This document shows positions 25,383 through 35,928 of a stretch of DNA of 64,000 nucleotides, in pieces. The notes below the pieces were generated by a model, which made no database searches, had not been told where the DNA came from, and worked only from the letters and a program-made list of their open reading frames with translations. The stretch's first letter is position 1. Every line of letters starts with the position of its first letter. The position numbers were made by a program, and so were the translations under genes. The DNA is from a virus. Taxonomy: Duplodnaviria; Heunggongvirae; Uroviricota; Caudoviricetes. The stretch covers positions 32,001 through 96,000 of the IMG/VR virus record IMGVR_UViG_3300009709_000001. The stretch is one strand, 5' to 3'.

Positions 25383-27593
25383 CTACCCGGCACAGGCCAC
25401 GCAATCGGCTTCCGCCTTGACTACATCTACAGATGCATTCTTCTTAATTGTTCGAATGTAGTAGATAGCCTTGATGCCTTGTTCCCAGGCATAGTGAATT
25501 GCATCGTAAAGTTCCTTTGCATTAAAGTTTTCTTTGCGTTGGTCAAATATTAACTCCATCGAGCACCCTGTGTCAATGAATTTCTGCAATTCAGCAACAA
25601 CATCAATAATTTCTGTGGCGGAATGCTTAGAGAAAGTCTTGCCATAACCAAGTGGATTTTCCTTAAGGAACTTGGCAACTACAACGAGTTTACCGTTTTT
25701 GTTATCTTCAGAGAAGAATGCATCATAGATAGGCAATACACTAGCACTCGAATCCATATAAATGGATGTACTTGTATTAGGTGCCGGACTGGTAAGTTGG
25801 CTATTTCTCATGCCGTATTGATCGATAAGGGCTTGTGCATTATCCCAATCGTAATTACCAGATGCATGTTCCTTGAACTTAGCAATTCGATTACCGTTCT
25901 TCCATTCAGACTTCTCGAATGCATCGAAAGATCCAAATCTCTTAGCCAATTCTGCACTAGCGATAACTGCATTGTATTCGATACATTCTGCCAATTCACG
26001 AATGTAATCTAGATCACGGAAATTCAAGAATTCCCTTGCCAAATGGTCATGCAAACCTTGCATACCGATACCGATAGTTCGATAACGATTATTGTGTGCA
26101 GCCGTAATCTTATCCGGTGCATTTGTTAGGCTAATACCGTAATCCAAGATTTTGGTTGTCAACTGTGAAATCTTCGCCAATTCCTTGAAGTCTCTGATAT
26201 TACCGAGCACAATAGAGGCTAGGTTACAAACGTGTCCGAGCTCATCCGGCTTGACATTAGAGAAGGATTCAGTGCAAAGGTTTACACAAGGAATACCTAC
26301 GTGATCGTTGTCATCGCCCTGATTAGGATTGAATTCATTAAGACGGTCACTAAACGAAAGATATGGTAAACCTGTATCAAAGTGTGTCTTCATGACAGTT
26401 TTGATAAGATCACGTGCATTAGGATAGGTACGTGTAATTGCGAGCTTACCTTCTTCTGCAGCCTTTTCAATCTTTAGATAAGCTTCGGTGAATGCATCGC
26501 CATATAGGCCACGAACATTAATGCCGAGTTTCTTCTTAACTTCGAATGGGCAGAATGTTGTCCATGGACCACGTTCCTGATCACGACGCATGAAGATATC
26601 CGGAATACATACCTGTGGAAACACATCATATGCCTTCAGACGTGGGTCACCATGTTCAGCCTGCATATCCAAGAAGTCTAGGATGTCATTGTGCCAGATC
26701 GGTAATGCAACTGTACCTGCACCTGCTCTCTTACCACCCTGGTTAACCGCAACCAATGTATCGTTCAGAATTTTAATCCATTGAACTACTGTACCGGCAG
26801 CATTTTCATAACCATTAACATCGGAACCTTTAGCACGAAGATAACCGAGGAAAACACCGAGTCCACCGCCATTCTTAGAAATAAGTGCGACACGCTTGAT
26901 ATTATCAAAGATACTATCGATGTCATCTTCAACGGCGATAATGAAGCAGGATGCTACATTACCTCCTTTTCGTAGATTAGAAAGGAAAGGAGTGGCAAGA
27001 GAAATCTTACGTTGTGAAAGAGCATTGTATACTTCTTTCACGAATTTAATTCTAGTTTCGGCAGGTTCATTCTGTCCAAATCTCATGGCGTTAACCATGT
27101 GCATATGCTGATTTAGTTCGAATTTACCAAGGTACTTCTTCTTGGCTGTGATCAGACTAGCATAACTGTAATCCAAATCACGGCTCATTTTTACGGCTGC
27201 ACCGAGCTCATCAAGTTGAGCATCGGTATAGTGTTCTGTTAGGTCTGCGGTGTATAGATTCTTCGAAATATTGTAGTGAACAATTTCACGAAAGGATTTT
27301 CCACGCAATGGAAAGTTTGCCCATTCGTCCATGGCCAGCGCGCGGCCAGCAACATTAACCCAATCTGGACTTTCCGGAGTAGCAAGCTGAATAGCATGCT
27401 GAATAACGTTTAGTTGAATATCTTTTGTTCTAATTCCGGGACGTAAGAACTGATCAAGCTTTGATTCGAGTTCGAGCGGATTTACATCCTGCCCCTCGGC
27501 CGCCATTTGAATAGACTTTTTAATTTTCGAGACATCATATGGTTCCTTTGTACCGTCCCTTTTTTCAACCATAATCTCTCTTACTGATGCCAT
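25383..27593 (-). CDS. nrdA: class I ribonucleotide reductase alpha subunit with ATP cone
   Basis: VEKRDG, ATP, SCF, GGGLG, NLCTE, CNLAS, APNTSTS; C-terminal CVAC. Confidence 0.97.
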   Translation of the reverse strand: MASVREIMVEKRDGTKEPYDVSKIKKSIQMAAEGQDVNPLELESKLDQFLRPGIRTKDIQLNVIQHAIQLATPESPDWVNVAGRALAMDEWANFPLRGKSFREIVHYNISKNLYTADLTEHYTDAQLDELGAAVKMSRDLDYSYASLITAKKKYLGKFELNQHMHMVNAMRFGQNEPAETRIKFVKEVYNALSQRKISLATPFLSNLRKGGNVASCFIIAVEDDIDSIFDNIKRVALISKNGGGLGVFLGYLRAKGSDVNGYENAAGTVVQWIKILNDTLVAVNQGGKRAGAGTVALPIWHNDILDFLDMQAEHGDPRLKAYDVFPQVCIPDIFMRRDQERGPWTTFCPFEVKKKLGINVRGLYGDAFTEAYLKIEKAAEEGKLAITRTYPNARDLIKTVMKTHFDTGLPYLSFSDRLNEFNPNQGDDNDHVGIPCVNLCTESFSNVKPDELGHVCNLASIVLGNIRDFKELAKISQLTTKILDYGISLTNAPDKITAAHNNRYRTIGIGMQGLHDHLAREFLNFRDLDYIRELAECIEYNAVIASAELAKRFGSFDAFEKSEWKNGNRIAKFKEHASGNYDWDNAQALIDQYGMRNSQLTSPAPNTSTSIYMDSSASVLPIYDAFFSEDNKNGKLVVVAKFLKENPLGYGKTFSKHSATEIIDVVAELQKFIDTGCSMELIFDQRKENFNAKELYDAIHYAWEQGIKAIYYIRTIKKNASVDVVKAEADCVACAG

Positions 27594-27612
27594 ATTTCCT
27601 TTCTCTCTTTGT

Positions 27613-28050
27613 TTAAGTCAATTTTCTGATATCTTCACTTTTATAGATCTTGACGATCTGAAATTCCTTTTCAATTTCCGGTAGGGTATTTACACTACCG
27701 AGATGGTAATTCAAAATAAAGTGATCTTCGATAACAGGGAGCATATAGATGTCGCCGCCTTCATCTACAAGGTAAAGTTCTACCTTGGTCTCAGGCGAAA
27801 CAAGCTCTATCGTGTATGCCATAAAGAGGCTGATAGAGCTTGTGCAGAATAAGCCGTGTACTAGAATTTCCCACGGCGTTGGCCAGTTGGCCGGTGTATA
27901 GTAATCTATTGTTCTTGTGCCAATAGGCATTTTCGAACAGAATTTCGAAACTTCCTTGAGCTGATCCAGGAGAGTTTGATCCTTCAAATCGTCTCTTAGC
28001 GATTTCCAGAGGCGAAGGCGTTCCTCGTTCGGAATTGTATTCCAAAGCAT
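27613..28050 (-). CDS. hypothetical protein
   Basis: ERLRLWKSLR...WPTPWEIL. Confidence 0.75.
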   Translation of the reverse strand: MLWNTIPNEERLRLWKSLRDDLKDQTLLDQLKEVSKFCSKMPIGTRTIDYYTPANWPTPWEILVHGLFCTSSISLFMAYTIELVSPETKVELYLVDEGGDIYMLPVIEDHFILNYHLGSVNTLPEIEKEFQIVKIYKSEDIRKLT

Positions 28051-28067
28051 AAATTACTCTCTTATTC

Positions 28068-28892
28068 TTAAAATGGTAGCCAGTGTACGGAACCTGTGCT
28101 AAAAGTCAGGTCGTACGGAAAATCGTGCCTATACGAAATTTCGATGTTTGGACCAACTAGGTCGGCCTTAAAGCTAATGTCCGCCGGCAACGAGTTATTT
28201 AGCTCGGTACCAGTGTCGGATAAAGTGGCAAGTGAACTGAGTGCTGTAATCTCAAGCTTTCCATTCTTAGCAAAATCTGTACCCGGTGTATCCCAATTAG
28301 GATTAGCCGAATTAGTCAAGTCATAAAGGATGCTGTAGAATGGAGTCACAGGAAACGAGATTATCGAAGTCCATGATGGTGCATTAGCTGGTAATGTGTA
28401 AACAACCGGTAAAAGTTGTAAATCATTAGTCGGTAATGCTAGGGACATTTCAACATAACCGCCATTAAGGTTTCCTACAAATACTCTTCTTGAATCGGTG
28501 CACAAAGCGAGTTCACCTGCAAGAAGAACATTAGGGAATGATGTCGAATTATATGTAGGATAAAGTGTGCCTGTAACGGTGATTGCACCCGTGGCAGTAC
28601 CTGCAAAGGTAATCTGCGTCGGGGATGTCGATGCAACAATGTATGTTCCATTGTATGCATTCGGTGTTACACCAGCAATTGTGATATTAGTTCCAACAGG
28701 ATATCTAGTACCATCGCACAAAACAGTGATGGTTACACCATCACCAGATGTGTTCGAATTTGTAATGATTGTTTGATTGAAAATACCATTGTAACCACTG
28801 GTTCCATCAAAACCTGGTGGATAGAGATTATCAAACTGATCTTGTGTTCCTCGACGATTTTGTATTCTAGAAACTACTACCGGATTTGCCAT
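28068..28892 (-). CDS. virion structural protein (fibre/decoration type)
   Basis: SRIQNRRG...LAGELALCTDSRRVFVGN N-terminal module; Thr/Gly-rich; late motif at 28912-28919. Confidence 0.7.
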   Translation of the reverse strand: MANPVVVSRIQNRRGTQDQFDNLYPPGFDGTSGYNGIFNQTIITNSNTSGDGVTITVLCDGTRYPVGTNITIAGVTPNAYNGTYIVASTSPTQITFAGTATGAITVTGTLYPTYNSTSFPNVLLAGELALCTDSRRVFVGNLNGGYVEMSLALPTNDLQLLPVVYTLPANAPSWTSIISFPVTPFYSILYDLTNSANPNWDTPGTDFAKNGKLEITALSSLATLSDTGTELNNSLPADISFKADLVGPNIEISYRHDFPYDLTFSTGSVHWLPF

Positions 28893-28914
28893 TGTTTTTT
28901 CCTCTGTTCTTTAT

Positions 28915-29580
28915 TTATTCGAATCCATACTTATCATAATAGGCGCATAGTTTGTTCGCCCACATGGTCTGATAATGCGTGAACTCGTCGCCTTCGATAA
29001 TGAATTCCTGATATTTTGCATCCCGAGTAGCAATCATAACAACACCGCGCTGGATTGTTGTTCCGAACATTTCATTATGCGCCATCGCATAAGCGGCAAG
29101 CTGCATGAAATAGTCTTCGATCCATTCTTTCTTCTTATCTTTGAGACTATTCTTAAAGTCCATGATAGATGGAACACCTTCGTGCAATCCTACAAGGTCG
29201 GTTGTACCTGCGTACAAACCTTTTGCAAAGACGGCAACTTCAGTTCCCCATACTTCGTCGACCTTACTTAGTCCATTCTTGATGATAACATCTGCAAGTG
29301 TCCTTGCCATAAATGAACCTTCGGAATATTGCCCAAGAATGTGATTTTCTAAAATCTTGTGCATTCCTTGTCCAATATTACTCGCCTCAACTTTGATTCG
29401 TTCAGCTTCTTTTTCGCCAACACGAGCAACCCACGCCTTTAGGTGGGTCATATCTTTAGTTTTGGAAAGGATTGTGGTTACACTGGGAAGAGGTCGATCT
29501 TCGCCAACGATATACCGACGACCATGTTTGCCGTCGGTACGTTCAAGTGGTTTGTAGTCGTAGAGTTTCTGTATAAGCAT
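28915..29580 (-). CDS. PD-(D/E)xK exonuclease (Cas4/RecB-like)
   Basis: LPSVTTIL, G..MH, AGTTD, IMDFK, QLAAYA. Confidence 0.88.
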   Translation of the reverse strand: MLIQKLYDYKPLERTDGKHGRRYIVGEDRPLPSVTTILSKTKDMTHLKAWVARVGEKEAERIKVEASNIGQGMHKILENHILGQYSEGSFMARTLADVIIKNGLSKVDEVWGTEVAVFAKGLYAGTTDLVGLHEGVPSIMDFKNSLKDKKKEWIEDYFMQLAAYAMAHNEMFGTTIQRGVVMIATRDAKYQEFIIEGDEFTHYQTMWANKLCAYYDKYGFE

Positions 29581-29586
29581 GCATGA

Positions 29587-29615
29587 ATTGTAACATCAAA
29601 TGTTTCAAAACGCAA
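29587..29615 (-). promoter_or_regulatory. sigma70-type promoter, probably giving a leaderless mRNA
   Basis: TTGCGT-N17-TACAAT, 6 nt before the ATG; no SD. Confidence 0.55.
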
Positions 29616-29618
29616 TGC

Positions 29619-30788
29619 TTACCAACAGATTTTCCATTGAATTGTTGATCCGGTTTGTGGATTCGACTGAATCTTAATGGTATAACCTAGACCACCAAAG
29701 TAAGAAAGTACAGCATTCAATTGAGATTGAATTGGCTTGTTGGTTGTTGTACCTGCCCATACCTGCCAGTAAAGATGCGGATCTGTCCCGAATGTATTTT
29801 GGTTAGTATTGATGGTAACCACTGCTGGAGAAGCAGGTGGATTTGGAAGAGCTGCGGTAGGTGGATTATAAATCGTACCGGTTGCAGCAGGAGTATAATT
29901 CGATCCCGACGTAAGAACATCGACAGACGAAACTGCCGTACCGGTTAGGTTTACCTTAGTGGTTGCACCTGTTCCCGGATCGGTAATCACCAAATATGGA
30001 TTAAAATTAGAATAACCAGCGCCGATATTATCAACTAGGACATCTGTAATTGTTCCAGCATTATCGGTAATAACAGAACCCTGGAAGCCTGCACCTAATG
30101 GATAATCCAACAGTGGATTCAATGTAGAAACAATCTTAACTGTAGTGACACTATCTTCGTAACCAGAACCTGGATTTGTAATCGCAATATGTACGATCTC
30201 GCCTGTTACGCTAACCGCTGTGATTTTGAATACTGCATCAACATAGAAAATATTCGGTAATACTGCACGAGTTGCGGTGATTGTGTCATTAATTGTGTAA
30301 CCGGAACCAGCTGAAACAATATTGACATTCACAATTTGACCAGATGCATTTACCAATGGTTGAAGATTTGCACCTGTACCAAGAAGCGAACTTACTGCCA
30401 AAGTCGATGAAATTGGTTGATATCCCGAACTACCGTTGGTCATGTTAACGGCAAGGATATTGCTACCGTTGGTGGTTAGAGTTGCTGTTGCGCCAGTCGC
30501 TGCGGAGCCATTTGGTGGAATGAATGCAATTGCTGGCTTATCAACGAAATAACCGCTACCGCCATTATTTACGGTAACAGAACTTACTCCGCTAACAAAT
30601 GTCATCGGTGTATCACCACCGACAGTAACACACATCTGGCCGCCACCCGGCTGGCATTGACTTGCAGCCGCAAGGATAGCTTGCTGAAGTTTGCAAATTT
30701 CTTCCCAAACTACAGGAAGGTTTAAAGACAATTGGGCCATCTGTGGCCCTGTTGGAAAACCCGTACCAGGTGTGCAGCAATCTGCCAT
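29619..30788 (-). CDS. virion structural protein with V-x-V-xx-GSGY repeats
   Basis: About six repeats (NGGSGY, NGSSGY, SAGSGY, NPGSGY, IGAGY, SGSNY). Confidence 0.75.
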   Translation of the reverse strand: MADCCTPGTGFPTGPQMAQLSLNLPVVWEEICKLQQAILAAASQCQPGGGQMCVTVGGDTPMTFVSGVSSVTVNNGGSGYFVDKPAIAFIPPNGSAATGATATLTTNGSNILAVNMTNGSSGYQPISSTLAVSSLLGTGANLQPLVNASGQIVNVNIVSAGSGYTINDTITATRAVLPNIFYVDAVFKITAVSVTGEIVHIAITNPGSGYEDSVTTVKIVSTLNPLLDYPLGAGFQGSVITDNAGTITDVLVDNIGAGYSNFNPYLVITDPGTGATTKVNLTGTAVSSVDVLTSGSNYTPAATGTIYNPPTAALPNPPASPAVVTINTNQNTFGTDPHLYWQVWAGTTTNKPIQSQLNAVLSYFGGLGYTIKIQSNPQTGSTIQWKICW

Positions 30789-30797
30789 TTCTAATCC

Positions 30798-31115
30798 TTA
30801 AAGCGAAGTCGCTTTCTGTGCCATGTCAGATACCTGACCGGCGCTATCTTTACCACTTGAGCCACCAGGGTTTGCTTGGTTTTCTGGACTAGTCAGTGTA
30901 ACCGATGTTGGGGTAGCATTCAAAACATTAGGATTTCTGCTCAATAGAAGCATCAATGAATTTGGGCTAACTGAATAGCCCATTTGTTGAAGCTGAGCAA
31001 CGAGATCATTCATGTTGACTTCCGCGGCACCATTACCTTTGGCACCGATCAACAAGTTATTAAGATCTGCATCCAGTTGCTGGTTGTAATCTTCTCTTAG
31101 TTCTCTTGCTCTCAT
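30798..31115 (-). CDS. late hypothetical protein
   Basis: N-terminus MRARELRE; lies in the late operon. Confidence 0.7.
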   Translation of the reverse strand: MRARELREDYNQQLDADLNNLLIGAKGNGAAEVNMNDLVAQLQQMGYSVSPNSLMLLLSRNPNVLNATPTSVTLTSPENQANPGGSSGKDSAGQVSDMAQKATSL

Positions 31116-31118
31116 GAA

Positions 31119-32534
31119 TTACTTCTTTGCTTCTCTAAGTTTACGTGCCTTGGCAACAAGTCTTTGCATTTCCATGACCTTCTTTTCGAGGTGCTTAACG
31201 GATTCTGCCTTCATAGAACGTCCGAGTGGATCTTCTTCATCGGCACTTCCGAATTCATCTTCTGCATCAAGGTCGCCTGCAATGTTATCGAGGTCAGCAT
31301 CCATGCCTGCTTCGGCATCCATACCACCCATACCATCATCCATGCCATCTAACGACGGATCGAGATCCATATCATTCGATGCACCAACCTGGCCAGTCAT
31401 GGCCATATTAGAAACTGCATCATCGACTTGACCTTTCGCTGCATACAACGAATCCATAACACTCTGAAGAGCACCATAGATTTGGGTCTGGAAAGCAGAT
31501 GCAGATTCAGTACCGTATGTCTCGCGCATTTGATCTGTAACAGGTGGAAGATCTTCGTTCTGCAAACGACCGATCTTTTCAATCATTTCTTGCAACTCTT
31601 GAGCAAAGCCCTTCGCTGCCATCATAACTTCGGCCTGGCTAACTTCTGTTTCAAGAAGACGGCGAAGATTTTTTACTAGGTGTTCTTTCATTACTTTTCC
31701 TTCATTCATTTCTGATGTTTCTTCTACGGATTCTTTGTGCAGAATTCCTTGCTTACGGGCTGCGGCCTGGGCGGCAAACGGGTCCGGCATCATACGACCG
31801 TTTGGGCCTCTAACCATCGGTACAGTCTCATCGTGCTGTGCATTGAAATCAAAATCGCCACCGGCCGCACGGCTTGCACCTGCGGTAGACAATCTTGGGT
31901 CCATTTGTGCATTCGAACTGCGAACATGCTCATCTTGTCCAGACCATGGAATTTCGGCGCCACGATCATAACCACCAGTTTCGTCGATTTCTTCCTCTTC
32001 ACCGAGCAAAGGGCCTTCCGAGACAACTGGGTCGATTGGACTATGTTGAGCATTTGGATCCGATTGCATAGTTGGACCGTTGATACGTGCCATTGCTGCA
32101 TCTCGTACTTTTCTTTCTATCAACTCGTCAGGAAAACGATATTTGCTCGAACGGTAGTGTTTCATACCATCTCTGACACATTCGTCGAAGTCTTGGGAAG
32201 TTGCACCTCCAAGACGGAATGAATCATGAACAAAGTCAGCAAGACCATTAACAACATGGACTAAATCCGGAGATTCAAAACTCATCAAGGCAAATTCACG
32301 CAGGTTCTTAATACCTTCGAGAACCAAGAGTCTCTTCGAGATTTCTGGAGATACTTTGGCATCATCGCCCTTGATCTTCAAGTCAAGGATTTCGTCCTCA
32401 ATTTTCTCCATGATAGCGACTAGGTCCCTATCACTAACATCTTCCGCAATCTTAAATCCGTAATTTGTTTCGAGGTGCTGATTTATTTTCTTGAATGTTG
32501 AAGTTGGTGAATTACCAATATCGTTTAAAAACAT
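31119..32534 (-). CDS. acidic coiled-coil late protein (prohead core/scaffold-like)
   Basis: Helical and acidic; many X-X-E sites; late motif at 32565-32572. Confidence 0.65.
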   Translation of the reverse strand: MFLNDIGNSPTSTFKKINQHLETNYGFKIAEDVSDRDLVAIMEKIEDEILDLKIKGDDAKVSPEISKRLLVLEGIKNLREFALMSFESPDLVHVVNGLADFVHDSFRLGGATSQDFDECVRDGMKHYRSSKYRFPDELIERKVRDAAMARINGPTMQSDPNAQHSPIDPVVSEGPLLGEEEEIDETGGYDRGAEIPWSGQDEHVRSSNAQMDPRLSTAGASRAAGGDFDFNAQHDETVPMVRGPNGRMMPDPFAAQAAARKQGILHKESVEETSEMNEGKVMKEHLVKNLRRLLETEVSQAEVMMAAKGFAQELQEMIEKIGRLQNEDLPPVTDQMRETYGTESASAFQTQIYGALQSVMDSLYAAKGQVDDAVSNMAMTGQVGASNDMDLDPSLDGMDDGMGGMDAEAGMDADLDNIAGDLDAEDEFGSADEEDPLGRSMKAESVKHLEKKVMEMQRLVAKARKLREAKK

Positions 32535-32582
32535 ATAAATCGTTCCTGTTAAGTTTATTTCTAGTATTTATCATTACCTAGC

Positions 32583-33032
32583 CTATTTCACTCTCTTGAA
32601 AACGGAGATCTTGTCCCTGGTCATCTTGGCTAATGTTTCTGATACTTGAAATTTATCTTCAAGTATAGCCATTCTTTCATGATCGTGATTTTTCTTAGCA
32701 CCACGGATGCAGTGCAGGTAATGTATCATATCAGTGTGATACTTAGAAAATTTCTCTTCTAAGTCTAGAACACGCCGTATGATTGAAGTTTCACCAGAAT
32801 TATAACGTTGGGCGACAATAATTGCAACGTCGAAAACAGAAATGTCCTCATAAATCGGTGTCTTATCAAATTTCAACACATCATAGAAACCCTTGGCGTT
32901 CTTTGTTACAAAGACATTACCAATGAGTGTTGATTTCTTGTCCATAGGAATAGGATACCCTCTACTAATGGCGAATGTGGCAGCGCGATCAGTTGCTCTT
33001 TCGAGCTTTGCGAGTATCTCTGGTCTTTCCAT
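32583..33032 (-). CDS. hypothetical protein
   Basis: Intact ORF in operon. Confidence 0.7.
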   Translation of the reverse strand: MERPEILAKLERATDRAATFAISRGYPIPMDKKSTLIGNVFVTKNAKGFYDVLKFDKTPIYEDISVFDVAIIVAQRYNSGETSIIRRVLDLEEKFSKYHTDMIHYLHCIRGAKKNHDHERMAILEDKFQVSETLAKMTRDKISVFKRVK

Positions 33033-33033
33033 G

Positions 33034-33810
33034 TTACCTCTTGAAACCGTTATTTGTTCTAGATGCTGTTCTCTTGCCCCTTACTGCAAGATTGGATGAT
33101 AGCAAACCAGATGCCTGATTAGGCTTTGTATCACCGATAATGGTTTTTGGTGGGCCATCTGGTGTATATTCTGGTGCTGGTTGTTCATTAGTCGGTTGTC
33201 TGCGCTTAACTCCGCCCATTGCTGAAGGAGCCATTGCAATTGCGCCAGCACCGGTTGCTCCACCACTGCAATTCTCACCAATACCAGCTAAAGTTTTCAT
33301 TCTGTTAAGTTCGGCTTCTTCTTGTGTTGGCTGAGTTACACCCGGTTGCTGTTGCTGACCAATTTGGTGATTGGTCCCGCCTTGTGCCATAAATGGTTCC
33401 AAGTCGTCGATATTCATCCATTCATCTTGTCCAGTAGTTGGATTCTTGACTTGAACACCACCCTGTGCCATATTGACATTCGAAACCTGACCGGGAACAG
33501 GAGCGCCGCCCTGACCCTTCAATCCAACTGTCATACCTGGCTCAAGTGGTGCACCTTTTCCTGCCCAGGTCTTTGGACCTTGTTGCGGACCCGATGCAGC
33601 CTGTTGTGGTGTGCCAGATTGTGGCGAAATTGTTTGTCCCGATGGTGGTGCAATATCTGCACTTGCTTCGACAAGCTTGTGATATTCAGCAAAGCTCATT
33701 TCAGAGATAACTTTCTTTGCTTGGGCAATATCGATGTTTCTATTTTCAGCAACAATCGATGCAAGCTGATCAAGCTGCATTTCTCTTGCAAATTCTGTTA
33801 AGTTTTTCAT
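33034..33810 (-). CDS. late hypothetical protein, Q/P/G-rich
   Basis: MKNLTEF N-terminus; ELNRMKTLAGI motif. Confidence 0.7.
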   Translation of the reverse strand: MKNLTEFAREMQLDQLASIVAENRNIDIAQAKKVISEMSFAEYHKLVEASADIAPPSGQTISPQSGTPQQAASGPQQGPKTWAGKGAPLEPGMTVGLKGQGGAPVPGQVSNVNMAQGGVQVKNPTTGQDEWMNIDDLEPFMAQGGTNHQIGQQQQPGVTQPTQEEAELNRMKTLAGIGENCSGGATGAGAIAMAPSAMGGVKRRQPTNEQPAPEYTPDGPPKTIIGDTKPNQASGLLSSNLAVRGKRTASRTNNGFKR

Positions 33811-34307
33811 ATTGAATCCATCCTAGTAAAGGCAATGTTCTGTGCCCATCCTGATGGACTACCCTGAACAGTTGTAATTCTTACACCACTTGGAATGATG
33901 ACGCCATCTAAATCGTCAATAAGCAGGCCGACCGGGCCTGCTGTTCCAAATGGAGTGAAGTTGTAAAATTGAACTCCTCGTTCAACTGCGAATTTCCAGA
34001 TATAACCTTCTCCAGACAATTCTAATGTATAGTCGGCAAGTTGCAGAACTGCAATAGGATCGGAGAGAACAACTGGCATAGCCCTAAGACCGATGCTCAT
34101 TAAAAGAACTTCAAAGTTCTTTTGACTTTCATCAAGTGGACTACCAGTTACCTGAATATTCAACAAACGTGGAATTTCTTGATTTGGCGGCGGATTCGGA
34201 TTAGGATCTGTAAATGCACCAGGTGAGGATGCATAGCAGACATAATACTGCAAATCGGCAGTTAAGTTCTGCATTGAAGATGCTGCACCGTGAATTTGTT
34301 TTGGCAT
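33807..34307 (-). CDS. putative virion protein, tandem paralog D
   Basis: MPKQIHGAASSMQNLTADLQYY; GGTAAATA upstream. Confidence 0.7.
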   Translation of the reverse strand: MPKQIHGAASSMQNLTADLQYYVCYASSPGAFTDPNPNPPPNQEIPRLLNIQVTGSPLDESQKNFEVLLMSIGLRAMPVVLSDPIAVLQLADYTLELSGEGYIWKFAVERGVQFYNFTPFGTAGPVGLLIDDLDGVIIPSGVRITTVQGSPSGWAQNIAFTRMDSI

Positions 34308-34343
34308 TCTTATTCCTTATCTTTGATATTTACCTGGGTTTTA

Positions 34344-35267
34344 TTACGGAGTAGAACCAATCTGGAGGTCCCAGTTATTCTGATCTCTACAAATTAAGAT
34401 CAGTTCCTGAGTTACGTCCATTTCGAGAGAATCTGTACTACCGAGGTCAGTTTGAATAAGATCTCCGATTGCACCAACGTTTACAAAAACGGTAATTCCG
34501 ACTTCTTTTGCAATATGAATTGCTGTTCCCAGAACTGCACCGACAGTTAATGCCGGTAATGTAACTGTTCCTGCCGAAGTAACATAATACTTCTTGCTTA
34601 TGAGTAATGGTGTTCCTGCCGGAATTGCAATGTAATCATCTGAACCAGATGCAGTAGAATCAATTGTGACCGAATTTGTTAATGAATCGGTTGTAAGAAC
34701 GATGTTCGTACCAGCGACAAGAGTTAATGTATCGGCACCGGTTGCTACAAGTTGGTTTTGACCTGCAACATCGACAAATGCAAAGGCATTTGATGTAACG
34801 CCGATTGGAGAGAATATTAATCCTGGGCCTGTCGAATTAACCGTAACAACATAATTTTCGGCACCTGCATAAGTGTCCGGAGTATCAGTTAAATCAAGAA
34901 AGGATTCATCATTGCAATCGCAACCCCAAATGTAAGGAACTCTTTTAACGGTTACTTGAGATAGGTTTAAATGATCGGATCCTACGTTAGTTCCTAAATT
35001 TCTAATCATTGTCTGAAGAGAAATTTCGGTCCAGGTAGATCTACCAGCTTCCAGAGCAAACGAAAGATTCTGCTCGTTTGGATTCATGATGTTGATATAT
35101 GTACTTTCGGAGATATTCGTGAAAATTATCTCCGCTGCAGAGTAGGGTACTGGCTGTCCGTATTGATTAATGGCACCGCTGAAATCTGCCCCGCAAACCA
35201 CATAATGGGCGAGTGAACCTGTCAGTACCTGTTCGTCAAAAACTCCACCTGTTGTCCTTAATGGCAT
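34344..35267 (-). CDS. putative virion protein, tandem paralog C, with fibre-like extension
   Basis: MPLRTTGGVFDEQVLTGSLAHY; FLDLTDTP; DTLTLVAGTNI; late motif at 35293-35300. Confidence 0.7.
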   Translation of the reverse strand: MPLRTTGGVFDEQVLTGSLAHYVVCGADFSGAINQYGQPVPYSAAEIIFTNISESTYINIMNPNEQNLSFALEAGRSTWTEISLQTMIRNLGTNVGSDHLNLSQVTVKRVPYIWGCDCNDESFLDLTDTPDTYAGAENYVVTVNSTGPGLIFSPIGVTSNAFAFVDVAGQNQLVATGADTLTLVAGTNIVLTTDSLTNSVTIDSTASGSDDYIAIPAGTPLLISKKYYVTSAGTVTLPALTVGAVLGTAIHIAKEVGITVFVNVGAIGDLIQTDLGSTDSLEMDVTQELILICRDQNNWDLQIGSTP

Positions 35268-35310
35268 AATGTGGTTCCTTCAATATTTCGTATATTTATC
35301 CGAAAATCCA

Positions 35311-35335
35311 AAAGAAAAGGCACCCGAAGGTGCCT
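35311..35335 (-). terminator. Rho-independent terminator
   Basis: GGCACC-TTCG-GGTGCC plus U-rich tail. Confidence 0.8.
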
Positions 35336-35353
35336 CAAGTCGGAGGGACGACT

Positions 35354-35926
35354 TTATGCCAAGGTGTAATAGGTTGCAGTTCCTAACGAGAAGGAAACTT
35401 CGGTAACAGTGCATGCCGCGAACGACGCGGTAGCTGTTACAGGCGGTGTTGCAGGATTAGCTGCACCAACGGTGATATAAACGGTTGCATTAGGCAATGC
35501 CTGAAGTGCTGCTTGCATTTCAACTGCTGCACCGGTTGGGCTTGTTGGAAGTTGCTCTTCATCTGCATCAGCCGGTGGTGCATCATAAGCAGGAACATCC
35601 GAACCCCATCCGAACGCAGAAGCAGAAACTGCAATATGCAACTCGGTTGTTGCACCGTATACATTTGGAAGAAGGCCGATAACTACGATATCAGATTTCT
35701 TAGTGATCTCACGCAGAACAATTTCGGCTGCACTATTTGGTACAGGCTTCTTATCTGCTACTTGATAATAGGTTGTTGTGTTTGGATTACCACCAGATAC
35801 TGTTACTGGAAGGTTAACCGAACCATCGGATACTGTCCAGGCGAATGGGCCAGTGATCTTGAAAAATCTCATGCCACCGGTCAATGTCTGATCATTGATG
35901 ATACCCCCGTTTACGCGGAAAACCAT
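35354..35926 (-). CDS. putative virion protein, tandem paralog B
   Basis: MVFRVNGGIINDQTLTGGMRFF; PVPNSAAEI shared with paralog C. Confidence 0.7.
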   Translation of the reverse strand: MVFRVNGGIINDQTLTGGMRFFKITGPFAWTVSDGSVNLPVTVSGGNPNTTTYYQVADKKPVPNSAAEIVLREITKKSDIVVIGLLPNVYGATTELHIAVSASAFGWGSDVPAYDAPPADADEEQLPTSPTGAAVEMQAALQALPNATVYITVGAANPATPPVTATASFAACTVTEVSFSLGTATYYTLA

Positions 35927-35928
35927 AA

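Noticed and set aside
28915-29580. CRISPR-Cas locus suggested by the Cas4-like nuclease
   Set aside because: No repeat-spacer array or other cas genes were seen, and stand-alone nucleases of this type are common in phages.
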